This document shows, in pieces, positions 20,818-32,895 of a stretch of 61,577 nucleotides of DNA. The position numbers were made by a program, and so were the translations under genes. Position 1 is the stretch's first letter. Each line of letters starts with the position of its first letter. The notes under the pieces were generated by a model. It had not been told where the DNA came from, searched no databases, and was given only the letters and a program-made list of their open reading frames with translations. This stretch comes from an uncultured virus (IMG/VR IMGVR_UViG_3300027769_000015) (Duplodnaviria; Heunggongvirae; Uroviricota; Caudoviricetes), in IMG/VR virus record IMGVR_UViG_3300027769_000015; one strand, written 5' to 3'.

Positions 20818-23800
20818 TTAACCTCTTATTCCAGCCATGATATTTACTGAACCTGGATTTGAATTATTCATTACTGGAGATATGTTTCCATTAATGCCCA
20901 TATCAAACATTAATCTTTGTAGATTAGATCTAACGTCTTCTGGCGAAGAATTACTTTGCCCAAACATTGGATAACTAGGATTAACTAAATTTGCTTCTTT
21001 TATTTGTTGTGGGAAGTAACCCATCTGAGACATTTCAAGTCCCATTGACTGACCCATTTTTATTTTTACGTGTTCCATATTTGTGTTTGGATGCCATACC
21101 TCGGAACCAGGTCCAGGAAGTTCATGTCTAGTAAAATAATTTACTAGATCCGGTTTTCTCTCTACTGGCATTCCCCAGGCAGCTTCGTATATTCTTCTTT
21201 CTAATCTTCCAGCAGTAGATAATATTCTACCTCTTTCACCCTTCGGTGCTTCAAGCATTGCTCTAAAGTGTTCTCTTTTTCTTTTTGGTATTGCTGCCGC
21301 TAATTGATCTATTGATTTAGTATTTAGATCTGCACCATACATTGTTTTCTTGCTGGCAAGCATGAACTGTTTTGCTGAATCTATATCTCCAACTTTTTCT
21401 GCTCTAGCTGCAGCTGTTCTGTTTTTAACATAAGTTAAAATATCAACATACTCTTCAAGTGCTAATTCTTTTTTTCTATTTATTGGAATGTATCTAGTTT
21501 CTTTCATTTTCTGAAGAGCTGAATAGCCACCCGTTGTTATTGCACCAACAGTTGCAAGCGCTGTTTGCATTCTCTTAGTTTTACCAAATGAACCAAATGC
21601 GATTGCACCTATTCCAGCTGCTAATACTGGGTTTCTTTGAGTGCCCTTATAATAGATTGGCTTAATAAAACTTTCAACTGGATTTTGCCATTCTGGGAAT
21701 GTTGAACCGTAAACATTTCTTCTTTCCCAATCTTCAGTTGCTGTTTTTTCACCAGTAAATTTATTGTTAATAAAGTTGTCTGTATGTAATATTGATTCTT
21801 TTATCGTTCTTATTGGATTAGCTATTTTATCAATTGTCGAATAATCTGTATAAGGACTAAAATCAGTTTTACTTTGCTCTATTGCATTTAATTGAGCTCT
21901 TATTTGTCCAACTTTAATTCTTTCATCTTCACCTAATCCAATTTTATCTATTCTTGAATTTAGTGCTCTAAACTCTTTTGAATATGGAGCTACGTCAGCA
22001 AGAATATCTAATTGATTTACTGCGCCATATCTTCCACTAGAGTCTGAATAGATTCTATTAAATCTTTCGTACCCTACACCAGGTAATCTTAATTCACCTT
22101 CTTTTACTTTTGTAAATGGATCGCCTGTAGTAAAGTCTATAAAGTTACTGCTATTAGGAAGGAATGGATACTTCTCACCCATTGTATTCTTAATAGGGTT
22201 AATAAAATTAACATTAGTTCTTTCTTTTGGAATAAATCTTCTTATTATTTCAGAAGCTTCAATATTTCCAAGAGCGCCTTCAGACTGGAGAGGTACGTCA
22301 CCTAAACCACCTAAATTTAAATCCCAAAAAGCCCTAGTCGTACCATAGGCTTTTGATGCAGATTGAAGTACTGATTTATCTGGTTCAAAATCGTATGATC
22401 CAAAACCAAGAGCTGATCTTATATTTCCACCAGCAAAACCATATATACCAAATGTTTCCTGCAGTCTGTAGCCAAGTTCTCCAGATAAGAATTCATTACT
22501 TCCAGATCTTATTGGCATCCCTGCTGCAACAATTTTTGCTGGCATAATGCCAGGTCCTGCTGGTGGACCAAATTGAACTGGTTGCACCTGCGAAGAAACA
22601 GGAACTCTTTGATACGCTGCAGCAGCTAATGCGTCGTTTTGAGCTCCAGACTGACCACGAATTAATTGTCTTGCAGTGTTTAGCGATCCACTACTATTAG
22701 CCAATGTTTGGTTTGAGCGAGAAATATTATAAGATCCAGATATACCTCCAATTGGAGATGATGCGGTTGCTCCAGCATAATCTGAAAGTGGTGATATAAA
22801 TCTAAGTGGTTTTCCACCGTAAGGTGCTGGACGAGCTGCTGGGTAACTAACAGCTGGATCTCTTTGTTCTACGTAACCAACGTTGCCAGGAGCCTCTTGA
22901 GGCATGTAGGCTCCGCTGGCACCAACTGGTACGTAACTAGATAAGGCCCTATCTAGCTCTTGCTTATGCATTACCTTTTGTGGTTTTAGAACTCTTCCTA
23001 TTGTTGCATTTAAGATTGGTACAGCTGCACCAAATGGGCCAGAAAAATATTCTCCAGTTACAGGGTACGGTCTGTCTTCATAATGTTTTTTTTCAAATCT
23101 ATAAGGATCTAATGGTCTTAAAGGAGAAAAGTCATTGTAGTACAACATCTTTTCCATTGGACTACCATAGGTGTCGGATGTAAACATCGCCCCACCCTGC
23201 AATCTCCTATACCAAGAAGGCCTATAGTATTCTATCTTTCCGCCGCTAAACTTAGTATTACCTAATGGCCAAAATCTTCCTTTTCTAATCGGAACTTCAC
23301 CAGTTAGTAGCTGTTGCCTTTTTTGTGAATATCCCATTCCACCAGGTACAACTCCCGATATAGCGGCTTGAGCTTCTACTCCGACTCTAGCTACCCCACC
23401 TAAAACAAATGGAGAATATACTCTTTCTCCTCTTTCATCTTTAGGTTGAGTGTATCCACCAATTGTTCTATCTACAGCTAAAGCAGTAGTTCCAATTGCC
23501 ACTGCTGGAAGAACTCTCTCTGCATTCATTCCCCTAAAGTACATATCTAGAGGGCCGTGGAAATTATCTGCGTCTAAGCTTGAACCAACGGTACCAAAGT
23601 ATCTATTTAATCTATTAAAACCATGTGAAATTGGAACAGACGCTAAAGAAAAACCTTCTTCATTTCCATATGTTTTAATTCCAGCTGCGCTTAATAATGC
23701 GGCTTTTGGATTTCTTTTAAGAGCTGTACCAAATGTTGGAACAAACGCATATGTTTCTGGGCCCGATTGTCCAGATAAAGGGCTTGCAGTAGGCTTTTCA

Positions 23801-26800
23801 ACATACTTGCCCATTCCTAAATTCTTTTTAAATACAGCAAATGGTTTATTTATACCAATTTGAGAAACTAATGAAGACTGACCAGTGGTAACTATATTAC
23901 CTTGAGTATGAGGATCTAATAAAGATTTTAGAGAAATATCACTTAATAATTCTCTTGTTCGATTAAATCTTTGTAATGGGTTTTGTAAAGCTCCTGTTAA
24001 ATTTTCTTTTGTTCCTGGATTAAATTTATATGTTTCAAATGCTGTTAAGTTAAATATAGTAGATAGAGCAGAAGCTTGTGCTTCTGCTTTTTGTGCTGAT
24101 GATATAACTCCCTTTGTAGCTAAGTCATCAATTGCAGAAGTAACGTTCTGCATTACAGCTAGTGGATCTCCAGAGAGTATTGACTTTCTTTCTAGAATAT
24201 ATCTAAACACTTCCGAAGACATTTCATCGCCTCTAGTCACAATGCTAGATGATTTTTCAAACATTCTAGATTGTTGCGAGAAATCATCTATATCTGCAAA
24301 AGATTTAATTCTTGCAAAAGCTTTACTTACATCTTGATACCTCTTTAGGTCAGCTGGATTTCTTATTGATTTTCTTTGAGCTTCTAAAATTGATTCCAAA
24401 GAATCAGATACTCTTCTTGCCTGAGCTGGAGTTGATATTTTAGTAATATCATCAACGCTTAACCCTGCAAGATCGGTTGGATCAAAAGAACCTGATTCAA
24501 GCACTGTTCTTTGCACTGACTTATTAGTTCCATAACTTAATTGCCTATTTGCAAATCTAGTAAATGCTTCCATTAACTGAGAATGCGATGCTACTTGTGC
24601 TCCCGAATCAACATCAAGTAAGTTATATCTAGCTATTTCTCCAGCGTCATCTAACTCTGTACGTAACTGTAAATTCTTTTTTCTTCCAAATCCACCAATT
24701 GAAAATGTTTCATCTACATTTCCAGAAATCAATCTGGCCATTACAGCGTCGTTTTCTACGTCTGCCTGTCTATTTACTAGTCTTCCAAAAAATCTAAATA
24801 AAGAATTTGGTTGTTCATCTGCGTAGTCTAAACGCTCTCTAACTTTTCCTAAGATTCCAGTTGCAGTGCGCGATTGAACAGTTCTTTCTCCAGCAGCTAG
24901 TTCTGCTGTGCTTGTAAACATTGATGAAACTGATGTTGAAAGCGGCCTATATGTTCCTTCTAAAGCCGTAGCAGTAGTACCGGCAGTATGACCGTACAGT
25001 CTTCCCTTTGTGCCTAAAAATCCACCAGTACTATGCCATGTATAAAAATCTGCTTTAGATCCTTTAACGAAAGGTTGATTTGCTGCTCCTGAAGTTACTT
25101 GATATCTTCCAGCTTTTGCCATCCCAGCAAAATCTTTATAGCCCAACATTTGCATCGGGTTAATTCCAATGATTGGAACTTTTGTTTCAGTAGCTAGCGC
25201 TTCTGTAACTTTTCTAATTCCAGATCTTATTGGATTAAAGTTTACTACTTGGTTACCAAGCGTATAATAACCTTTAACATTACTTAATGTGGTTTGAGTA
25301 GCAGAAGATTTAATTGTATTTAATATACCTAACTCTTCACTAGTTCCACCCAATATATTTCTAGTTAAAGAATCTTGAAGTTTTCCTGCAGGTATTTGAT
25401 CTGTAATCGTTTTATACGCTTGTTCTTCTCTCTTTAAGAAATCGTCTACGGTAAGACCTTTTAATCCAAAAACTCCTGCCAGTCCAGATGTTGGACCAGC
25501 AACCATTTCTTTGTTATTCATTAGATAGCCTCTAAGCTGTGAGGCGTTTCTAATGTCTATTCCACGAGCACCTAATGCTTTTGCTAATTGATTTGGGTCT
25601 CCTAATGTTGATTCATCTAATCCAAATACTTTTCCAGCTCTTTTAGCCATTTCAAGTCTAGCTTGAGATGCTTGAATTGAATCTCCAGCTGAATCAAGGA
25701 AATTTAATCTGTTTAATTTTTGTGGTTTTAATACAGAAGAAAAAACTTCTTTTTCAAAAACTTCTCTAGCTGAACTGTGTGCTGCATCTATATTTAAGCC
25801 AACATTTAATCCACCCCTTGCAGACTGTTTATACAGAGATTGGTCAACTTTATTTACAGCTGATCTTAGTTTTTCAGCGTCAAATGTATCTGGTATTGGA
25901 TTATTTTTTCCATATTTTCCAGAATTAAATCTAGTAATTAATTGACCAAAGAAATCTTCTCCAACAATTTCTTCCTTACCCATCCCCAATCTTTCGGTTG
26001 GGCTAATGTATTCCTTAATGGGTGAACCACTCTTCTTAGAAGAAATTGATCTATAGATATCATCACTAACTTCAAGTGAAGAGGAAAATTTTTTAGCAAC
26101 GTTTTCGTCTAGCCCATTAGCTATTAATTGCTTTTCTAATCTGCTCTTATATGCACCTTGTCTTAGCATCTTTATAAACGGTGTTGATGCTGAACTTCCA
26201 CCTGTTTTAGTGTTAAATTCTTTTAGCAGACCAAATACATCTGATGATCTTTTTCTTTGTATATTTAATATTGATTCACCAAGTGAAGAGTTAATTGCCT
26301 TAGCGCCTTCTGTTGTCGCTTTATCAACTCCAAGAATTTTTCCAAAACCTTTTTGTATTTCATTCCAATTTGTTCCTGGTTTATCTAGAAATGACTGAGC
26401 AAAAGATAGCTTTTGATATTCTTCATGTGCAGATTTAGCACCCTGTCTAACAGCTTTATAACCAGGAATTAGATCCAACATTGAATCTATCTGTGTTCCC
26501 TGTAGTGGTTTACCTACGTCTACTTGATTTAATTTTGTTTTATCACCCTTGTATATATCTTTAGCTAAGTTTTGTATGACTTCTCTTCTAGATGGTTTAG
26601 GTATCCCAGGAGCTGGAGTAGAACCATGTCTTTGTGAATAAAGAGCTGCTACTGGGTTTTTGTGAATATCTGTCATTGCGATAAATGCACTTGACAAAGC
26701 TCCCGATGATCTTTCAGAAAATTTAATTGACTTATCTAATACGCTAAATAAATCGTGACCAACGCCTTCAAGCATTCCTTTTAAGTTTAAGGATTTTTCA

Positions 26801-27634
26801 TATATGGCGTGCTTGACAGTGCCTGCGGATAAGTTTGAAAAACCCGTGGCGTTTGTCGCCATGAGCCTTTCTTGTGCTGTTCTATAAAAATTTAATGAGC
26901 TTTCTTTTGCTGCGCCAGCTGCAGCCGTTGGTAGCATGAATCCACCCATTTGGAACAAGGTTGTCTTAGCTAAATCTTTAGCTATATCTACACCCCTAGA
27001 TGGGTCATACCATTTCTTTTTTGGTCCAGTATCTTGTTCACCGCCACCAAATAGCGGCTTAGTTATGTATTTATCTGCCGCATAAAAAGCTGGAACTTCA
27101 TAAGGAAGTCTTCTAGCTTGACGCACCAACCTCTGTTGAAGTTCGTCTCTATAGTGCCAAGTAGCAGTCGATGATGCTCCTCTACCTTCAGCTCTAAATG
27201 CATACCCGGCATTGACAACACTTTTATGCCCTTCGTAGCCAGTTGAAAGTTTCCCAGCGGAATCAAAAACTAATTTTGTTTTTCCTTCTTCTAAACGAGT
27301 AACACCTTCAAGTTCGTCAAGAATACTTCTTGCTTTCAATAAGCCGTAATTAGCCCTAGATATAAAACTGCCTTCAGCAGATGTTGCCGCTCTTTCGGTA
27401 AGGGCTTTTCCGTATCTTTAAGCCACCACCTCTTAAGAATTTTCCAGCTACAGTAGCTGCAACACCAGTTGCAATCATGGCCGAAGCCATCTTTACTAGT
27501 GGTCTACCTTCTAGTGCCCTGCTGACATAACCAGAATCTGGGGATGGACCATTCTGTGTGTCATCTCCGGTAGTAAACTCTCTGGAAGTTACACCAAATC
27601 CAATATTATGGATTGGTCCTTTATCTCTCTGCAC
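20818..27634 (-). CDS. Giant (~2271 aa) tape-measure-like virion protein, +1 shift at CGGA 27409-27412
   Basis: GTG 27634 with AAGGGGGTG SD. 74 codons, then ATA-CGG. The +1 frame (GKALTERAATSAEG...YGLLKARS) runs into ORF 20818-27339. Lies directly after the tail chaperones; Ala/Gly-rich hydrophobic segments. Confidence 0.7.
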
Positions 27635-27652
27635 TGGTCACCCCCTTTTATG

Positions 27653-28286
27653 CTATCTGCCCATACCCCATAGTTTTTGAGCAATAGGGTCATTATATGT
27701 TGCAGCTCCCTCAACCTTAGATGCGTTGTGCCTAGCTGCTGATTGAGCCTCTTTTTCTCTTTCTTCTTGAGGATCAATTAGTGATAAGGTTACATTAGTG
27801 GATTCTATTCCAGCAATTGCTTGCTGAACTTCAATTATTTTTTCAGCTAATGCGACTCTTTCTGCTAGTTTTGAATACGTTAACGAGTCTAAAAATTCTG
27901 GAGTATCTGTATGTATAGTAGCCAGAACAAAGGCTTTCATTAAGCCTCTAACATGATTAGCTATTACTCTTTTTTCTTCTAAAATTCGTTTAGCTGTTCT
28001 TGCTGAGGCAAAGCCGGAAAATTCAATTATTTGCTCAGCCAAAGAGCTTATTGCTCCAGGTGGAAACTTATTTAAATCAAAATCTTCAGGATAAACTACT
28101 GATGCTCTAATGATTTCATCCTCTGCGTCTGCAGAGGAAATACCTTCAGTACCCTTATATGCTGCAACTTTATCGAACTCAGAAAAAGTTAGCTCTTTAA
28201 ATACTATTTCAGATCCGTTTTATTTTGGTCTGAAATATTGAGCCGTGTTTTTTCTTTAATTCAAAAAGAATCCCTGCATCTAACAT
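27653..28286 (-). CDS. Tail assembly chaperone-like protein 2 (210 aa), +1 shift at CGGA 28214-28217
   Basis: ATG 28286 follows the upstream stop directly. 23 codons, then AAA-CGG-ATC-TGA. The joined protein aligns with its neighbour 28288-28827 on both sides of the shift (LKKKHGSIF/WKKQYGEVY; SLAEQIIEFSGF/LISQEVLEASGF). Confidence 0.8.
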
Positions 28287-28287
28287 C

Positions 28288-28827
28288 TTAGAGTTGTCTA
28301 ACCTCTAGGGCAACGAATCCAGAAGCCTCTAGAACTTCTTGTGAGATTAATGATGGAAGACCGGCCATGTCGCCAGTAAGAGCTTGCTTATCGTATGATG
28401 GGAATAGAATGCAGAGTTCTGAGATTGCTTCTTCGTTCCACATATTTGCTTCTGCGTTTGAAAGCTGTCCAGCTTGCATTAAGGTTTCCATCTTTTTAAC
28501 AAGTTGCTTGTATTCAATTCTAGAAAGAACTCTCCAAATAATATGTTTATCAAATGAAATAGAAGTTACGTATACTTCACCGTATTGCTTCTTCCATGCT
28601 TTGATCTGTCCAGCTGTAGGACCATTATCGAAGATAACTTGATCATCTGCTAATTCTTCAACCGTTGTAGCTTGCTCAACAGGAATTTGCTCATCTGAAT
28701 AATCTGATACAACGATGTCACTATCTTGTGGTTCGTCAGTTTCTAAAAAAATTTCAACTGAATCAGCAGATAACTCTTCTGCCATTTCATTATCTTGTCT
28801 AACTACAACTTTTCTTTTCTGAGACAT
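28288..28827 (-). CDS. Tail assembly chaperone-like protein 1
   Basis: IKAWKKQYGEVY...IWRVLSRIEYK...AGLPSLISQEVLEASGF; lies between the tube genes and the tape-measure-like gene. Confidence 0.65.
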   Translation of the reverse strand: MSQKRKVVVRQDNEMAEELSADSVEIFLETDEPQDSDIVVSDYSDEQIPVEQATTVEELADDQVIFDNGPTAGQIKAWKKQYGEVYVTSISFDKHIIWRVLSRIEYKQLVKKMETLMQAGQLSNAEANMWNEEAISELCILFPSYDKQALTGDMAGLPSLISQEVLEASGFVALEVRQL

Positions 28828-28855
28828 TGTTTCTCCTTATTTCGTTTCAAATTAC

Positions 28856-28866
28856 ATTATATCACA
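28856..28866 (-). promoter_or_regulatory. Extended -10 promoter TGTGATATAAT
   Basis: TG-n-TATAAT upstream of 28827; the same 11-mer occurs at 42080-42090. Confidence 0.55.
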
Positions 28867-28881
28867 TATATATTAAAATTA

Positions 28882-29919
28882 TTATCTTGACTCAGTACTT
28901 TCAGTCCTGTTTACCAATGGACTTTCAACCACTGGTTTTGTGGCATTTGTTGCCTGTGGTTCTGTTGAGACAAAGGTCTTACCAGTATATGGATTGAATC
29001 CAGATTCGGCTTCGGTGAGATAGAAATCTCTTGCCACAAAGCTATAGGTTTCTATTAAAGGCGACCCACCACTTTGATATTCCGTGCTCATTTGCATTAA
29101 ATGTACGTTTTGTAAAACAATCTTCATTGGGGTTTTATTGTCTGACATTTTAACTTTTCTTTCATTTATGTCAGTTGATATTATCCTATCCAAGTTATCT
29201 CTTTGCTCCATAGAGGCCGTAGAAGCGTTCTCAGTGACTCCTACGGGGCTCAAACTTGATTCCTCTACACCATACACTATAACAAAGTTAAATGGAGGGT
29301 GAGCGCTAAAAATATTATGCTGACCATCTGCCGAAGATGTGCTTATCGCTGGATCAACAGTGATTCTATCCAATTGACTATTGGCCCAATATTTTTGTAT
29401 ATTTTCCTCATCTGTTCTTGATTCATTTTGTGATCTTAAAACAGATACAACTCCAGAGGTATCTGATTTGCCCGATGCAGAAAAACTTCTAACTCTTGCT
29501 GCCTCTTCTAAGAGGTGTGTCATTCTTCTTGGATACCTTGAATATAGAGAGAACTGACCAGTTATTATTCTTGAACCATTCATCATGGCATCAAAGTTGT
29601 AGGACCAAAATCCGTAGACTGCTTGTTTTTCTTGTTTAATTAAAAAACCAAATCCAGCTATATCTAGTTCATCTTTTGGATCAAACAAACCATCGATGTA
29701 TACCCTTACATCTTCTCCAGAAAAAAAGTAATCATAATAATTACTAAAGCGAGGGTCTCCAGAAGTTTTACCACCAGACCAATAAAGATCTAATTCTGCG
29801 GAAAGTGGATCAAATGTTCCATTTTTATTTCCTAAACCAGGATTAGTTGAAACGGTATCTTGGTATGGAATATAACCACTAAATGGTCTATATGGAACAG
29901 CTCTATATGGACTTGTCAT
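28882..29919 (-). CDS. Tail tube-like protein (paralogue 3)
   Basis: YFFSGEDV...VYGFWSY...GSRIITGQF...HPPFNFVIVY...LIETYSFVARD; paralogous to the two upstream genes. Confidence 0.65.
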   Translation of the reverse strand: MTSPYRAVPYRPFSGYIPYQDTVSTNPGLGNKNGTFDPLSAELDLYWSGGKTSGDPRFSNYYDYFFSGEDVRVYIDGLFDPKDELDIAGFGFLIKQEKQAVYGFWSYNFDAMMNGSRIITGQFSLYSRYPRRMTHLLEEAARVRSFSASGKSDTSGVVSVLRSQNESRTDEENIQKYWANSQLDRITVDPAISTSSADGQHNIFSAHPPFNFVIVYGVEESSLSPVGVTENASTASMEQRDNLDRIISTDINERKVKMSDNKTPMKIVLQNVHLMQMSTEYQSGGSPLIETYSFVARDFYLTEAESGFNPYTGKTFVSTEPQATNATKPVVESPLVNRTESTESR

Positions 29920-29928
29920 ACTTAAACC

Positions 29929-30702
29929 CTAAACGATGGTAGGAGGTGAATATATTCTTTCAATAAAATTCTTATAATCTTCGACTCTATCTCCAAATGC
30001 ATTTGTAGATATTCTTAATCTTTCATTTTGCTGAGCCTGATACCCATCTGGATACCTAAGGTCATCACGAGCCGTATCTAATTGTACCAGAGGCTGCAGA
30101 CCCCTAGCCATATATGTGTAGGTTTGCTCTGTAATTAAGTCGTCTATGGACATAGTACCGCCTTCATCAACAAGCGTAACACCGAATATTTTCATTTTTG
30201 CCGCTAAACCATATTCGTTAAAGAATGTAAATACAATGTCAAATGGTGGTAGCATGTCAGCCAGAGGAGCGTAGTACCCCTTGCTATCTGAAAGTATTTT
30301 TCTATAACTTTCTATTCTATAAAAAGCATACTCGTTAAACTGAGTAAATATCATACTTCCTGCTATTGTTCTAGCACCTTTTACAAACCCTCTTGGATTT
30401 ACGTGTCCAAGAGTTCTTATTGGGGAGTTTTCCCTGTGCATTGAATATGATATGGTTTGAAGTTCCGCCATTTCCAAGACGTCACCTTCATTAGAAATGA
30501 ATCCGTTTTCTCCAATTTTAGGAATAATAATTGTAGCTGTGATGTCTGCACCAGAAAATGACATATCTGAAAATGGATCTGGAAGATTATTATTTCTTCT
30601 AAATTCTTTTACACCCTCTTCATAGGTAGAGAGTCTATTTTTTCTTGATGTTATAGTCGTAAGATTCGCTATATCTGATACATCACTTCTGTTAAATGCC
30701 AT
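29929..30702 (-). CDS. Tail tube-like protein (paralogue 2)
   Basis: SFSGADI...ISYSMHRE..PIRTLGH..PRGF.KG.RTIAGSMIF...DMLPPFDI...EQTYTYMAR. Confidence 0.7.
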   Translation of the reverse strand: MAFNRSDVSDIANLTTITSRKNRLSTYEEGVKEFRRNNNLPDPFSDMSFSGADITATIIIPKIGENGFISNEGDVLEMAELQTISYSMHRENSPIRTLGHVNPRGFVKGARTIAGSMIFTQFNEYAFYRIESYRKILSDSKGYYAPLADMLPPFDIVFTFFNEYGLAAKMKIFGVTLVDEGGTMSIDDLITEQTYTYMARGLQPLVQLDTARDDLRYPDGYQAQQNERLRISTNAFGDRVEDYKNFIERIYSPPTIV

Positions 30703-30712
30703 GTTATTCCTT

Positions 30713-30761
30713 AAAAATAAAATAGTGGAGGATTGGCCCTACACCAAGTCCTCCACTATTT
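30713..30761 (-). terminator. Rho-independent terminator after the major tube gene
   Basis: 13-bp stem AAATAGTGGAGGA/TCCTCCACTATTT (30720-30761) followed by a T-rich run on the - strand. Confidence 0.75.
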
Positions 30762-30789
30762 AGTAACTACTATAATTATTTATTTATAA

Positions 30790-31479
30790 TTATGGTCTAA
30801 TTATCTCGCTGTTTAATCCACTTGAAGATACTGCTTCTTTGCTAATCAAAGAACCTAAATCTTCTGAGTTAAATCTATTAAGATTGTCCGTTGTAATCTT
30901 GTACATTGGACCGATTTCACGAGCAACATATGTCATTGTTTCTTCTATAACAATGTCATCCATCGAAGCTCCCGAACCTTCGTTTAATAGTTCAACGCCA
31001 TAGATTGATCTAACAGCAGCCTGACCATATTCGTTAACAAATGTAATTGTAATGTCGAATGGTGGGATTTGGTCTGCGTAGTATGGTGTCTTGCTAACTA
31101 CGTCTCTTGTTTGATTTGTTACTTCAGCAATACCTCTCTTGTGACTTGGATCGCCAGGAAGTGTATTATGAGCTCTTGTGAAAAACTTCATTTCCGAAGA
31201 TGAGTTGTGATGTGTTTCAAGCATCTGGTACAGAGCTGGACGGTCGAATACTGTGAATATTAACGAACCAGCAATACCTCTTTTACCTCTTGAAAATGAA
31301 CGTGGGTTTGGTGAACCCATTGTGTAAATTGGCGCCTTTTCTCTTGTCACTGAGAAAGTGATTCCCGAAAGAGCTCCGATTTCAACGCCACCAAAAGTGG
31401 CAACAATATCAGCACCAGAAAATGTTGTGTAAGTATTGAGATACTTATTTACTGGACTGTCGTAGTATTCGCCTGCCAT
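30790..31479 (-). CDS. Major tail tube protein
   Basis: TFSGADI...TREKAPIYTMGS..PRSFSRGKRGIAGSLIF...DQIPPFDI; follows the sheath gene and ends at a terminator. Confidence 0.75.
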   Translation of the reverse strand: MAGEYYDSPVNKYLNTYTTFSGADIVATFGGVEIGALSGITFSVTREKAPIYTMGSPNPRSFSRGKRGIAGSLIFTVFDRPALYQMLETHHNSSSEMKFFTRAHNTLPGDPSHKRGIAEVTNQTRDVVSKTPYYADQIPPFDITITFVNEYGQAAVRSIYGVELLNEGSGASMDDIVIEETMTYVAREIGPMYKITTDNLNRFNSEDLGSLISKEAVSSSGLNSEIIRP

Positions 31480-31527
31480 ATTACCCTCCTAATCGGTATA
31501 TAAATTTGCAGTGTTTTTTATATAATA

Positions 31528-32793
31528 TTAACCGAGCTCAACTGACATTTGTACTTCGATATTTCGAAGTTCAAACGCAGGTGTTATAACCAAGTCAATA
31601 AGTGCTTTATTTTCTTCAGCGATGTATCTAATGTTGAAATCGCTGTCTAAGATTGCGCCCAACTGCTGCATTCCTCTGAGTGATGCAGTGATTGATGTTT
31701 CCATTGAGTTTCTAACTTGAATGGTTGAAGGCTGACCAATGAACTTCTGGCAGCTTTGACGAACAACCAACATAGCTTCGTTAACGATTCTCAATGTTGT
31801 CAATCTTGTGTAGTCTGAGCTTGCTCCAGCAAAAGTTACACCATCTGTAAAGATTGGTGCTCTATTGAAGTTCAACATAATCGAGTTCACACCCTTGTTG
31901 GTCATTGCCAAAAGAGTTGTCTTGCTAGGATTATATCTCAAAGCTGCGATGTTGTAAACTGTCTTATTGATAGTTGAAGTATAGGAAGCCATTCTGCTGA
32001 CTGCTGCTGCAAGTGCAGATGCGCCATTAGAATAACCCCATGCTGCTGGATAGTTTGCAGGCTTTAATTCTGCTCCAATTACTGCAACGTGTCTTCCAAG
32101 CTCCTTAGCAGCAACTGAGTTGTATGTTGTTGCTGAGTCTCTGTCTGAAAGATTTGTCAAAGCAAGGTGTGTTGAAACCTGACCAGGAGTCATAACATCA
32201 TTTGCGCCAGTGTATGGCTTTGTTCCCATAACTGCGAAACATGGATGACTGTTTTCGTTAATTTCCTTAACTTTGTCAGCAATTTTTACTGCCCAGTTTT
32301 GGGCAATCGTTGTAGTGTTGTCTGCATGAAAGCCGTAGATCGTGTCCGAGCTTGCTGAGAAGGATTCAGAAGGAGTTGCCGCCCAAAGACCTGCTCTTGC
32401 ACCGCTTCCCCAAGGAAGGATGATATCTGGTTGAGCTGCTTCAGCTGCAATAAACATTGCATCAAAAACGCTGCCACCAAAGTCTGAACTTGTTACGGCA
32501 CCTGTGCTGTGATTCCATACGGTGTCACTTGGCAGTGGGACCATGTAGATTCTTTCTGCGCCTGCAGATACAAGTTCAAAAAATGCTCTGTGGCAACCTG
32601 AATTTTCGCCAAAAGCAGTTATTACATCTTGTTCATTTGTGCACAAAACGACGTCAAGGTCTGCAACGTTGCCTATACCGTCATCTGTTGTTCTTTTTGC
32701 AATTACTACAACTCTAGGTCCGACGGGACTATCCTGACGGGAGATGCTGTAGAAGCGGTCTTTAATTATTGTTTTTACACCTGGTAGAGCCAT
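31528..32793 (-). CDS. Contractile tail sheath protein (compact)
   Basis: MALPGVKT N-terminus; C-terminal YTRLTTLRIV...FIGQP...IDLVITPAFELRNIEV typical of sheath proteins. Confidence 0.85.
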   Translation of the reverse strand: MALPGVKTIIKDRFYSISRQDSPVGPRVVVIAKRTTDDGIGNVADLDVVLCTNEQDVITAFGENSGCHRAFFELVSAGAERIYMVPLPSDTVWNHSTGAVTSSDFGGSVFDAMFIAAEAAQPDIILPWGSGARAGLWAATPSESFSASSDTIYGFHADNTTTIAQNWAVKIADKVKEINENSHPCFAVMGTKPYTGANDVMTPGQVSTHLALTNLSDRDSATTYNSVAAKELGRHVAVIGAELKPANYPAAWGYSNGASALAAAVSRMASYTSTINKTVYNIAALRYNPSKTTLLAMTNKGVNSIMLNFNRAPIFTDGVTFAGASSDYTRLTTLRIVNEAMLVVRQSCQKFIGQPSTIQVRNSMETSITASLRGMQQLGAILDSDFNIRYIAEENKALIDLVITPAFELRNIEVQMSVELG

Positions 32794-32840
32794 TAGATTT
32801 TTAACCTCCGAGTCACGGATTTATTGGATTAACTCGAAAG

Positions 32841-32848
32841 ATATAGTA
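32841..32848 (-). promoter_or_regulatory. Putative late promoter motif TACTATAT
   Basis: The same octamer is intergenic upstream of five structural genes (32841, 37074, 37429, 52911, 55416). Confidence 0.55.
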
Positions 32849-32895
32849 ATGGGGTACCACTGAAAACTAACTACATTTACACATCCTGGTAAATA

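Noticed and set aside
28042..28827. Classical lambda G/GT -1 slippery frameshift
   Set aside because: The second chaperone has its own ATG at 28286, and its break is a +1 at CGGA.
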